A stretch of DNA of 64,000 bases from Candidatus Hydrogenedentota bacterium (GTDB lineage: Bacteria > Hydrogenedentota > Hydrogenedentia > Hydrogenedentales > SLHB01): positions 32,001-96,000 of the forward strand of contig CAVUWV010000001.1 of assembly GCA_963745075.1 (NCBI GenBank). Reading direction: 5' to 3'. Of the stretch, positions 20,186 to 29,649 are shown piece after piece. The position numbers and the translations under genes were made by a program. Position 1 is the stretch's first letter. Each line of letters starts with the position of its first letter. Below the pieces are notes generated by a model. It did not search any database. It saw only the letters and a list, made by a program, of their open reading frames with translations, and was not told the origin of the DNA.

Positions 20186-20548
20186 CTAAGCTTCGTCCAG
20201 CCATTTCCGCGCCTCAGCGGCGTCGGCGTGATCGAAGTATCGGACCGACGCCGTCGTAAACGGCTTGCAAAACGTCGCCATGCCATGCTGCCACTTCGTT
20301 TCCCCGACCATCGCTATTCGCTCGATATCGGAGAAGTGTTTAGCGCCAAACTTCATGTCCTCCCACATCGCGCCGGCATCCCAACCGTGAAAGCCGGTCA
20401 TATCGAACAGCAGGAGCAGCTTTCCGTGTTGCTGGACGAGCCGGTCGAACTCGGGCACAAAGTGTTCGTAATCGGTCTTTGCCAATTTCCCGCTGACGTG
20501 AACAACGAGCAACTTCCCGCCGTCTTCTTCATTGAGTTGAATGGGCAT
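20186..20548 (-). CDS. SpoIIAA-like (STAS/SEC14) protein
   Basis: VSGKLAKTDY...FHGWDAGAMWEDMKF...RIAMVG...EARKWL. Confidence 0.88.
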   Translation of the reverse strand: MPIQLNEEDGGKLLVVHVSGKLAKTDYEHFVPEFDRLVQQHGKLLLLFDMTGFHGWDAGAMWEDMKFGAKHFSDIERIAMVGETKWQHGMATFCKPFTTASVRYFDHADAAEARKWLDEA

Positions 20549-20844
20549 TGCGATCTCCTGTTATCCGATTTGGGTTAGCACTAACCCGCCCCACGAATGC
20601 TTCGCGGATTCCGGTAAACTATTGCTCACTTCTTCTTTCCAGTGATTCCAATCACGGCGCGCTGCATGAGGCTTTCGAGAATCGCACATTCGACACGGTG
20701 AACCAGGACCTTATTCCGCCGTTTGCATTTATCGTAGTGGTAGCGGCTACCTTCTTCGGAGTGGCAGTGGGTCACGCGCTCAACTTTCATGCCATCTTCT
20801 AAGACGAGCTTGCGCTGCAACTCCTGACACGACGATCGATGGAA

Positions 20845-20890
20845 CGCGGGCCACGTGTCTGGTCGGCGTCGCCCAGACACGTGGCCCGCG
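20845..20890. terminator. Perfect 18-bp stem hairpin downstream of the OmpA gene
   Basis: CGCGGGCCACGTGTCTGG-N10-CCAGACACGTGGCCCGCG; no clear poly-U tail. Confidence 0.5.
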
Positions 20891-21005
20891 ATGCTTTCAC
20901 GATTAAACTCCCAATCCTGCTGATAAAACGGATGGCAACTTCGCGAGAAGGGGACGATCGATTATCATCCGGGTTGCCTTGACGCCGATCGGTTGCCCTT
21001 ATCGT

Positions 21006-22064
21006 TTAATCGCGAAAGCTGAGCCTGAACTCCGCGCGGCGATTCTGCTTGCGATTTGCTTCGCTGGTATTTGGCACCGCCGGACGGGTTTCCCCGTAGG
21101 CTTCGGTAGTAATACGGCTCCCATCGATGCCGTGTTCCACCAAGTAGGCCTTTACGGAATTGGCGCGGCGTTGGCTCAGGTCCATATTGTATTGAGAGGA
21201 ACCCAGGTCGCAGGTATGGCCCTCGATTGCGAGGCGCTCAAGCGTATGTGCCCTGATTTCTGCGACCAGCTGATCCAGTGCCGCTTTTCCTTGCGGCTTC
21301 AGCACGGACTTGTCAAAGTCGAAGAGGATCTCATTCGGCAGGACGATTCTTTGTTCTACGATCGTGGGGGCGGAGCCGGGGCCGAAGAAGATTTCCCGGA
21401 CCATTGCGTCCATTCCCTCGGAAGTATCCACTTCGGATGCCTGCCAGGCGTGTCCGCAACCCGTTACGCGTGTCATATCTCCCAGCAGCACCTTACCCGA
21501 ATCGCTGAATCCAACGTTTACGGTATAGATGCACAGCTCGCCGTCGTGTGCTTTCGCGATCGCTTCGCAGGCATTCAAGACTCGCTCATGGGGATGGGTC
21601 CTGCCGTCGGAGAACACCACTAGCGCGGATCTTCCGGTCTGCCCTTCAAACTCCGATCCGGTGACGAGTACACCCTGGTGCAACGGCGTTGTACCGCCGA
21701 GATACCGCAGGTGGTCCGCGCAATCCTTGAGGGCATCCAAGGTACCGCTGCGCAGGGGCACCTGCATCCAATCGGATTCTGACCCCCCGGCGAACGAACT
21801 GAACCCCATTTGATATGCCATGTCGGGCATAGCGCCCACGAATGCCTTCAGGAGATTCTTCTCCTGCTGGAAGACTCGATGTTCACGGGTCGACCCCGTC
21901 ACGTCGGCGAGGATCATGACTTGGTCCACTTTGAGCACCTCGCCCGGTCCAGGGGTTACCCGCGTCACCGGGAAGGATCGTGCGTGCATCGTCTGACAGC
22001 CGGTCAATGCACCGACGGCCAACACACAACACGCAATACACACTACGCGGCGGATGGTACGCAT
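21006..22064 (-). CDS. vWA + OmpA-C (peptidoglycan-binding) lipoprotein
   Basis: LTGC lipobox; DVTGS...TPL...FSDG (MIDAS-like); LFDFDKS, EGHTC, LSQRRA, NRRAE. Confidence 0.9.
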   Translation of the reverse strand: MRTIRRVVCIACCVLAVGALTGCQTMHARSFPVTRVTPGPGEVLKVDQVMILADVTGSTREHRVFQQEKNLLKAFVGAMPDMAYQMGFSSFAGGSESDWMQVPLRSGTLDALKDCADHLRYLGGTTPLHQGVLVTGSEFEGQTGRSALVVFSDGRTHPHERVLNACEAIAKAHDGELCIYTVNVGFSDSGKVLLGDMTRVTGCGHAWQASEVDTSEGMDAMVREIFFGPGSAPTIVEQRIVLPNEILFDFDKSVLKPQGKAALDQLVAEIRAHTLERLAIEGHTCDLGSSQYNMDLSQRRANSVKAYLVEHGIDGSRITTEAYGETRPAVPNTSEANRKQNRRAEFRLSFRD

Positions 22065-22131
22065 ACGTTCGCCTCCTGCGGTTTTCGAAGTTCTGAATTA
22101 ATGCAGCGTTGAAGTCAGATCAGTTCTCTAC

Positions 22132-22185
22132 ATTAGGTCAAACAAGGGCAAATTCCGGGTAAATACAAGGTAAAGAGTTGGTAAA
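22132..22185 (-). promoter_or_regulatory. 11-bp-phased box (instance 6), upstream of OmpA-vWA
   Basis: On +: ggcaaa 22147, ggtaaa 22158, 22169, 22180; CCTAAT. Confidence 0.8.
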
Positions 22186-22324
22186 CGGCGCAAGTAGAAT
22201 GGGTGCACGGTGGCTGCAATTGCCTCCCACTACCGCGATGACTACCAGCTTGCCGTGATAAACGTACGTAGCGCAGCGGGTGATGTCCGGAGCGAAGACC
22301 GCGTCACCGACGTGCTTGAAGGGG

Positions 22325-22378
22325 TTTACCGAAACTTTACCCCCGTTTTACCCCATGATTACCCACACATGGCTAAAT
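22325..22378 (+). promoter_or_regulatory. 11-bp-phased box (instance 7), upstream of radical SAM gene
   Basis: tttacc 22325, 22336, 22347, attacc 22358; CTAAAT. Confidence 0.8.
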
Positions 22379-22447
22379 CGAACTAATGAAATGCGTGTTG
22401 CGGCGAGCCTGCGACGAGAAGAGATCGGTACGGTTCGTCGGGCGTGA

Positions 22448-24586
22448 TTGAATGGACATCTCGAGATGCAAATCCGCGAAGACAATCCCCTGATGCACTT
22501 ACACGTAGTCTATGTCCGTCCGTCGCGATATGATGACGACGGTTACGTTGTGCGCTTTGCGCGTGGTGTCTTGCCGTCCAACACCCTATGTTGTCTCGAA
22601 AGCCTGACCGAACGCGTTGCGGAACGCGGCGACCTGGGTTCGGCTGTGAAGGTAACCGTGGACGTATTTGACGACACGGTGCAGAGAATCCCGATCCGAC
22701 GGATTGCGAAGCTGAACCGCCGGCCCGGGACGACGGTCGTCGTGGGTTTCGTGGGGGTTCAGAGCAACCAGTTCATGCGCGCCTCGGACCTCGCCCTGGA
22801 ATTGCGTGAGCAAGGCGTGCAGGTCATGATCGGCGGGTTCCACGTCAGCGGCGTTCTGACGTTGTTCGATAAGCCCTCCTATGAACTCCAACGGCTTCTG
22901 GATCACGGGGTGACACTGGTGAAGGGGGAAGTGGAAGCGCCGGGGATCATGGCGATGCTGCTGGGCGACGCCCTCCATGGCGCCATGAAACCCGTCTACA
23001 ACATCACCGAGTGGCCGGACTTGGCGAACGCACCCGTGCCGCACGCCAACCCGAAATTGCAGTGGCGCTACGTCGCGAAACGGATGGCGACAATTGACAC
23101 CAGCCGGGGGTGCCTGTTCAACTGCTCCTTTTGCACCATCATCAATGTCCAGGGCCGGAAAATGCGCTTTCGCTCCTCGGCGTTAGTGCTCAAAGCTATC
23201 GAAGAGAACTACGCCAATGGGATTCGCTTCTACTTCTTCACCGATGATAATTTCGCACGGAATCCCATGTGGAACGAGATTTTCGACGGCCTAATCGCGC
23301 TGCGGAATCGCGGCATTCGGGTCCAGTTCATGATGCAGACCGACACCCAGGCGCATCGCATCCCGAACTTCGTGGAGAAAGCGGCTGAGGCGGGATGCTA
23401 TCTCGCCTTCATCGGCATGGAGAGTGTGAACCCGGAAAACCTTAAGGCCGTCGGCAAACGGCAGAATCATACGCAGGAATATGTGCAGATGGTGGAAACC
23501 TGGCACCAGCACAAAATCCTGGTACACGTCGGTTACATCATTGGCCTGCCGTTCGACTCGCGGGAATCCGTTCGCAACGACATAGAATACCTGCGCAATC
23601 AGATCAAAGTGGATCTTGCGTCCTTGTTCATGCTGACGCCCTTGCCCGGGTCTCGCGACCATTGGCAGATGGTTCAGGACAACGTCCCCATTGACGCAGA
23701 CTACAATGACTACGACGGGCTTCACGAGACATTCCGGCACGGGCTCATGCCAAACGGTGCATGGCGCGCCGCGTACGATGAGGCCATGCACATGCTATAC
23801 AGCAAAGAGAACATCGTCGCCGCGTTGTTGCGCACGGACTCCGAGCACTATTGGGAAATCATGTGTTTTTCGATCTGGTATCGCCACGGTACGTTAGTTG
23901 GCATGCACCCGATGGCGACCGGGGTCTTTCGCCTCAAAGATCGACGTTCCCGACGCCCAATCTTCCCGCGCGAGAACGTACTTCAATACGGTTGGCGCCG
24001 GATGAAGGATTCATACCACGGCATGAGGACCTATCTCGGCCTCTTCTTCGAATTCCAGGAGATTTGGATGCTCACCCGCAAGCCCCACGATCCACGCTGG
24101 GCGACCCTCGCCGACTTGCGCGAAAAATGGACGGACGTGCAGCACCGTCTCGTGGAATACGACCTTCAGGGGCGGTATTCGGATGCCGCCCAGGAACTCA
24201 AGGCGATGCTCACTAGCACCGCCGACCGATTGCGCCAGCTAAGCCGCGCAGGAGGGCACATCAGTTTCTCCGTCCGGCGCAGGTTGCAGAAGAAGGCGGC
24301 GGAAGTGGAGAGCTATCTGAGAGCCTTCGACATGCAGGCACCGGGCTGGAGTGACGTCGCCGATGCCGAACGCTTTGTGAAAAAGACCGTGATCGCCGGT
24401 TACGAAGAGATTGCGATTCGCTACGTGGCCAAGCGCCGCCAATTCAATGCGTTTCGCCAGGACACACTCGAGCGAATCAAGGCCGGACAGCTTCTGAGCA
24501 TCAATGTATTCCGTATTCCCTATGCGATGGTGTGTGAAATCTTCTTCGCTTCGCGGTTCGCCATGCATTTCTTCGCCCACAATTGA
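22448..24586 (+). CDS. Cobalamin-binding-type radical SAM protein with long C-terminal extension
   Basis: RPSRYDDDGY, IGGFHVSG, SRGCLFNCSFC, FTDDNF, FIGMES, GYIIGLP, LTPLPGS. Confidence 0.9.
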   Translation: MNGHLEMQIREDNPLMHLHVVYVRPSRYDDDGYVVRFARGVLPSNTLCCLESLTERVAERGDLGSAVKVTVDVFDDTVQRIPIRRIAKLNRRPGTTVVVGFVGVQSNQFMRASDLALELREQGVQVMIGGFHVSGVLTLFDKPSYELQRLLDHGVTLVKGEVEAPGIMAMLLGDALHGAMKPVYNITEWPDLANAPVPHANPKLQWRYVAKRMATIDTSRGCLFNCSFCTIINVQGRKMRFRSSALVLKAIEENYANGIRFYFFTDDNFARNPMWNEIFDGLIALRNRGIRVQFMMQTDTQAHRIPNFVEKAAEAGCYLAFIGMESVNPENLKAVGKRQNHTQEYVQMVETWHQHKILVHVGYIIGLPFDSRESVRNDIEYLRNQIKVDLASLFMLTPLPGSRDHWQMVQDNVPIDADYNDYDGLHETFRHGLMPNGAWRAAYDEAMHMLYSKENIVAALLRTDSEHYWEIMCFSIWYRHGTLVGMHPMATGVFRLKDRRSRRPIFPRENVLQYGWRRMKDSYHGMRTYLGLFFEFQEIWMLTRKPHDPRWATLADLREKWTDVQHRLVEYDLQGRYSDAAQELKAMLTSTADRLRQLSRAGGHISFSVRRRLQKKAAEVESYLRAFDMQAPGWSDVADAERFVKKTVIAGYEEIAIRYVAKRRQFNAFRQDTLERIKAGQLLSINVFRIPYAMVCEIFFASRFAMHFFAHN

Positions 24587-24706
24587 CAACACGGTTCCCG
24601 CGATCGGTTCTTCCAGACTGAAAGACATGGCCCACAAAGGGGGCGGGGGCATCCTGGTGAATTTGGCAGCGGATCGTACACACCACGTGCGTAGCGTGAA
24701 GGGAAA

Positions 24707-25462
24707 TTACTCGGGCACATCCACGAACCGGTAGCCGGTCCCGCGCACAGTTTCCAGGAACCTGGGGTTGTCTGGATCGTCCTCGATCTTCTTCCGAATA
24801 TGCCCGATGTGCACGTCCACGACTTTTGGAATACTGTAGCTGCTGTCTTTCCACGCGAGTTCGAGAAGCTTGTCCCGCGTAAATACATGTTCGGGGCGTC
24901 GCGCAAGCGTGTAGAGCAGGTCGAACTCGACGCCGGTCAGTTCGATTGGGACATCGTCTTTCCACACGCGCCGTTCACCCGGGTCTAAACGCAAGCGGCG
25001 AAAACGCAAGACCTTGTCCCCCTCCACCTCGTCTTTGGATCTGCGCAGAATCGCCTCAATGCGGGCGCTGAGTTCTTGAAAATGAAACGGTTTGGGCACG
25101 TAATCGTCCGCCCCGATCGTGAGAGCCATAACTTTGACCGCCGAGATATTGGTGGAACTCAGCATCAGGACAGGTACATTGCCCGAATCGCGGATCTTGC
25201 GCAGCACTTCAATTCCGTCGATCGAACGTTCTCCCTTGGTCGTGGTATCCGGGAAATTGATGTCGAGCACCACGAGGTCCAGTTCCATGGATTTGGCGAG
25301 CGCCACCGCAGATCGCCCGTCGGCCGCGGTTGTCACCTCATACCCCTGATTCTCAAGATGCTTTTGGACATCCCGCAACAGTTTCCGGTCGTCATCCACA
25401 ACCAGAATCCTGCTCTTTGAAGTCTTTGTCAAAATTCCAGCATCCTTTTTGGTGACCGTCAA
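24707..25462 (-). CDS. OmpR/PhoB-family response regulator
   Basis: REC (VVDDD, LDINFP, GADDYVPKPF) plus winged helix (LTGVEFDLL, VDVHIGHIRKKIE, TVRGTGY). Confidence 0.95.
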   Translation of the reverse strand: MTVTKKDAGILTKTSKSRILVVDDDRKLLRDVQKHLENQGYEVTTAADGRSAVALAKSMELDLVVLDINFPDTTTKGERSIDGIEVLRKIRDSGNVPVLMLSSTNISAVKVMALTIGADDYVPKPFHFQELSARIEAILRRSKDEVEGDKVLRFRRLRLDPGERRVWKDDVPIELTGVEFDLLYTLARRPEHVFTRDKLLELAWKDSSYSIPKVVDVHIGHIRKKIEDDPDNPRFLETVRGTGYRFVDVPE

Positions 25463-25474
25463 ATACCCTGCCGA

Positions 25475-26623
25475 TCATTCACCCAGCGTAAAGTAAATTG
25501 TCGCGCCCTGATCGGTCTGGCCTTCGGCCCATATGCGGCCGGTGTGCCGTTCGATGATACGTTTAACGAGAGCCAGGCCAACTCCCGATCCCTCGAAATC
25601 ATGGGCTTTATGGAGCCGGTGAAACGCTAAAAACATCGATTCCGAGTGGATCATGTCAAACCCCACGCCGTTGTCACGGACAAAGTACACCGTTTCACCG
25701 TCGGGTTGGTTGAAACCGACATGGATCTCCGCCCTTTCGCGCGGCCGCGTAAACTTCAGGGCATTCGCCAGGACGTTCAAGAATACCTGTTTCAGAAGTG
25801 CACGATCCGCGCGGCATGGAGGCAACTCGTCAATCACGACGACCACTTCGCGGCCTTCCTGCTCGTCCTGCAACTCCTCCAGCGCCTCGTGTGCCAGTCG
25901 TCGCACGTCAACGCGCCGTTTTCTCATGGGCTCGCGGTTTACTCGCGAAAATGTGAGGAGATCCTCGATGAGCTTGCCCATTTCCCGGGTGCTATTCAAG
26001 ATCATGTGAGTCTTTTCCACGGCTCCGTCTGGAAGTTGGGCACCGTGTTCCTGAAGCAGCAGGTGCGCAATCTTGTTCGTCAACCGCAGAGGAGAGCGCA
26101 GGTCATGCGAAACGGAATGCGTGAACGATTCAAGCTCGAAATTGATTCGCTCAAGTTCGGCTCCGTGCCGCTGGAGTACCTCGTTCAACTCCTGGATTCT
26201 TCGCTCCGCCTCCTTTTCGCGTGTGATCTCTCGGAGTTCCACGAGGATCACGTTGGTCTGGTCTTCCCCCATGGTTATACGCCGGGCGCTGAGAGACAAA
26301 ACTTTTCGCGTACTTGGCGGGACCGCGCATACGATTTCGACGTCTTTCGCGTTGCCTTCCCGGGCCACGACCGCCTCCAGGACTGCCCGCAACCGCGGTT
26401 GACCCTTCTCTCCGGCGATAAGTTCCTGGACCGACTTCCCCGCCAAGTGTCCCGGGACGATCCCCAATGCTTCGAAGAAGGCTGGGTTCGCCGCTATTGC
26501 CCGGAGCGTTTCGTCCAGAACGAGGACCGGTTCGGCTAGTGCGTTCAGGATGGATTCGGCGATCTTCATGGGTTCTACCAGCGTCCTCGGATGCTGCCCC
26601 CCCAACGGCACTCCCATACTCAT
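25475..26623 (-). CDS. Cytoplasmic PAS sensor histidine kinase (Cph1-like HK core)
   Basis: PAS; SVSHDLRSPL; QVFLNVLANALKFT; DNGVGF; GSGVGLA; no TM segments. Confidence 0.92.
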   Translation of the reverse strand: MSMGVPLGGQHPRTLVEPMKIAESILNALAEPVLVLDETLRAIAANPAFFEALGIVPGHLAGKSVQELIAGEKGQPRLRAVLEAVVAREGNAKDVEIVCAVPPSTRKVLSLSARRITMGEDQTNVILVELREITREKEAERRIQELNEVLQRHGAELERINFELESFTHSVSHDLRSPLRLTNKIAHLLLQEHGAQLPDGAVEKTHMILNSTREMGKLIEDLLTFSRVNREPMRKRRVDVRRLAHEALEELQDEQEGREVVVVIDELPPCRADRALLKQVFLNVLANALKFTRPRERAEIHVGFNQPDGETVYFVRDNGVGFDMIHSESMFLAFHRLHKAHDFEGSGVGLALVKRIIERHTGRIWAEGQTDQGATIYFTLGE

Positions 26624-26746
26624 TTCCTCTCACTACGTTGTATCACAGTATACATGAATTAGTGCGAAAACGGAACAATCAGGCAATTATCTAGTTGGGC
26701 AATTTTCCGCAACCATCGCGGGAAACCGTTGAGCAGGTGGGTAAGG

Positions 26747-26800
26747 TTTACCGAAGTTTTGCCAGTACTTTGCCGGGAGATTACCCAATTCTGGCCTAAT
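26747..26800 (+). promoter_or_regulatory. 11-bp-phased box (instance 8), between the divergent HK and rubrerythrin genes
   Basis: tttacc 26747, tttgcc 26758, tttgcc 26769, attacc 26780; CCTAAT 26795. Confidence 0.82.
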
Positions 26801-26917
26801 ACAGGCGGTGCAACACGCAGGGCAGGCCGGCGCACCGGCCAAATTCTCAGTCTTTCTATGACTTTGGGTTGGCCGGTATCCGGGAATCAACCGAGTCGCC
26901 CGATAAGAGGAACAACG

Positions 26918-27355
26918 ATGAATCCGCAGACGCAAGATAACTTGTTGCAAGCCATGCGCGGCGAGGCATTCGCCTTCGTGAAGTACGAGCTGTTCGCCGA
27001 TCAGGCTCGTCAGAATGGACGGGAGGAACTCGCGGCGCTGTTCGAAAATACGGCGCAGGTAGAGCGCCTGGAGCACTTCGCCGAACTCGCCGAACTCGCC
27101 GGGTTGGTGGGCAACGACTACGACAACCTGTGTAACGCCGTCCACGATGAATCGTACGAAGCGGAGAGTATGTACCGTGAGTTTGCCGCGCAGGCGGCCG
27201 CCCCTGGCGACAATCACGCGGCCGCCCGGTTTGCCGAAATAGGCCGGGATGAGATGCAGCACCGCGACGCTTTCAAGGCGGCCCTGCAAGAGCTCGAGGC
27301 GGGCAGGCAGACCAACGTCGACATGGTTACTGCACCGGAGCCTCATCATGTGTGA
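26918..27355 (+). CDS. Rubrerythrin / ferritin-like protein lacking the rubredoxin domain
   Basis: TQDNLLQAMRGEAFA..KY..FA..A, ERLEH, ESYE...Y, DEMQH. Confidence 0.88.
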   Translation: MNPQTQDNLLQAMRGEAFAFVKYELFADQARQNGREELAALFENTAQVERLEHFAELAELAGLVGNDYDNLCNAVHDESYEAESMYREFAAQAAAPGDNHAAARFAEIGRDEMQHRDAFKAALQELEAGRQTNVDMVTAPEPHHV

Positions 27356-27886
27356 CTTACGTGGTCAGATAGACTTTACCAGCGCCACGGGGCGCCGTTT
27401 TCGGCAGTGTATTGCCGGCCCTGGGGTTATGCCTCCTAAGGAAGGCGGTTATTCGCCGCCTTCCTATCTCCGGCAAGGACCGCGCGGTTTTTTTGCGCGG
27501 TCCTGAGAGGCCTCAGGATGACAGATTATCCAAAGCCCTCCCTTCCCCAAGCTCCCTGCGCGGTTGTCCGTCAACCCCGCCGACCGCGCAGGGACACTCT
27601 TCATGGCATTCGCGGGTCTGAACGAAGGCAATCATGGCTTTTAGTATTCAGGTAGGCCATACCAACGGCGGCGTCGGCACGAACCGCATATCCACCGTCG
27701 ACCGTATCGTCAAGAATATTCTCAACCCGAATCCGCCTCACGGCACCGACCTTGGTGAAGAGCTGACTGTGGGGGCGGCCATCCAGAATCTCAAGCGATG
27801 GTGCGACGGCTTCTAGAACTCTGGCGACGATGATACCGCAGAGCGCGGTACAATCGTTGAACTCCTGAAAGAGAGGGAGACTATCC

Positions 27887-29032
27887 GTGGACACGTCAAC
27901 TCTGACCGAAGTGGCTGGACCCCGCATCGAGGAGCTTTCCCTACAACGGATTCTGGCCTACGCGCTTGAGAACGGGGCTTCCGATATTCACCTCAAGCTA
28001 GGGAGGCCGCCTGCCGTTCGCGTCGACGGTGCGTTGCGATTCACGCATATAGCGGAACTCACGGATGACGACATGTTGCGAATCCTGGATGAGCTCATGA
28101 GCCCGTCGCAAAAGCAAAGCTTTCTTGAGACGGGCGATGCGGACCTGGCGATCAGTTTTCCCGATTTGGGACGGTTTCGCGCAAACTGCTATCGGCAACG
28201 GGGCGCCATGGCCATTGTGCTTCGTCACGTTCAGTCGACGATTCCAGATTTTAAGTCGCTGCATCTGCCCGAGAAGGCAATGGAACGAATCGCATTACTC
28301 CCCCGCGGCCTGGTACTCGTCACAGGCACGACAAGCAGCGGAAAATCGACTACGTTGGCGGCGCTCATTGACCGCATCAACGCGTCACGTCACAGCCACA
28401 TCGTGACGCTTGAGGATCCCATCGAGTATTTGCACACCGATAAGAAATGTAGTGTGAGCCAGCGTGAAGTTTCCATAGATACCAAGGACTTCAAGACGGG
28501 GTTGCGAGCCATCATGCGGGAAGACCCCAACGTGATCCTGATTGGCGAAATGCGTGATGTGGAGACGTTTTATACATGCCTTGGTGCTGCGGAGACCGGT
28601 CACCTCGTGTTCAGTACACTCCATACGACGAACGTCACGATGACGATCGATCGTATTCTGGACATGTTTCCCGCGGACCAGCACGGTCAGATCAGGTCGC
28701 AACTCGCGCTCCAACTTCGCGCAGTGATTTCCCTGCGGCTCCTACCGGCTGCCGACGGAACCGGCCGCGTTCCTGCCGTTGAGGTTATGTTCAACAACCC
28801 GGGTATTGCGTCGCTCATCCGTGATGACGAGATCGAACGGATACCGAATGCCATCGCGGACGGCTCCGAGGACGGCATGCAAACGTTCAACATGGCGCTG
28901 GTCGACTTGGTCAAGCAGAAGATTGTTACGCAGGCGGCCGCTGAATGGGCCTCGGACAACCCGGATGCGCTCAAGATGAATCTTCAAGGTATTTTCGGAA
29001 GCCGGGACCGCGGCGGGATCTCCAAAAAATAG
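27887..29032 (+). CDS. PilT/PilU-family type IV pilus ATPase
   Basis: ASDIHL, RFRAN, VTGTTSSGKSTT, TLEDPIE, REDPNVILIGEMRD, AAETGHLVFSTLH. Confidence 0.92.
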   Translation: MDTSTLTEVAGPRIEELSLQRILAYALENGASDIHLKLGRPPAVRVDGALRFTHIAELTDDDMLRILDELMSPSQKQSFLETGDADLAISFPDLGRFRANCYRQRGAMAIVLRHVQSTIPDFKSLHLPEKAMERIALLPRGLVLVTGTTSSGKSTTLAALIDRINASRHSHIVTLEDPIEYLHTDKKCSVSQREVSIDTKDFKTGLRAIMREDPNVILIGEMRDVETFYTCLGAAETGHLVFSTLHTTNVTMTIDRILDMFPADQHGQIRSQLALQLRAVISLRLLPAADGTGRVPAVEVMFNNPGIASLIRDDEIERIPNAIADGSEDGMQTFNMALVDLVKQKIVTQAAAEWASDNPDALKMNLQGIFGSRDRGGISKK

Positions 29033-29145
29033 AGACAACCCAAGCGTGTGTGCTCTTCGATGGCTCGTTGAATTCCTTCCATCGCAATTGTCGACCGTGC
29101 CGCGGGCATTCCAGCATAGTTGCCGTTTCGCAGAAGGTGAGGTCG

Positions 29146-29199
29146 TTTACCAAAGCTTTGCCAATCCTTTGTCTCAGTTTCGTGTCGATGCGCGACAAT
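29146..29199 (+). promoter_or_regulatory. 11-bp-phased box (instance 9), upstream of DUF3309
   Basis: tttacc 29146, tttgcc 29157, tttgtc 29168, ttcgtg 29179; GACAAT. Confidence 0.7.
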
Positions 29200-29290
29200 A
29201 TGGGTAACGGAATGGGCTCGGCCGGGCGCGGTTGCCAAAAGACGACCGCGAACGGCCGGGCCGGCTGTCAACGAACTAAAGGAGCCCATT

Positions 29291-29455
29291 ATGGGTACGA
29301 TTCTGCTGGTTATTCTTGTTTTGATGATCTTTGGCTTTTCGCCCAGATGGGGCTATAGCCGGAATTGGGGCTACGGTCCCAGCGGCTTCGTCGGACTGGC
29401 TGCGGTTGTCGTGTTGGTGCTTTTGTTTATGGGACACCTGCCCCGCGGTTTCTGA
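29291..29455 (+). CDS. DUF3309 family small membrane protein (not in ORF track)
   Basis: MGTILLVILVLMIFGFSPRWGYSRNWGYGPSGFVGLAAVVVLVLLFMGHLPRGF; AAAGGAG RBS. Confidence 0.9.
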   Translation: MGTILLVILVLMIFGFSPRWGYSRNWGYGPSGFVGLAAVVVLVLLFMGHLPRGF

Positions 29456-29649
29456 TGCATCGTGTATCTTGCCCGACCCAGGTGGCCCGGCTTGCCGTTG
29501 ATTGAAAGGACCCGCCGGCCGGAAACGCGTGAGTGGGAGGTGTCGAATTACATTAATGCCATTAGACGGTTTCCGTCGGGCATCGGGCGTTGTTCGTCCC
29601 GGCCGGCACAGGCTGACTAGAGGAGCTTGGCCGGCGCGAGGTTCAGGCT

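Noticed and set aside
20626..20940. Small ORF and an eleventh phased box upstream of the SpoIIAA operon
   Set aside because: GATAAA/GGCAAC are 12 bp apart with no further units, and the ORF has no recognisable features.
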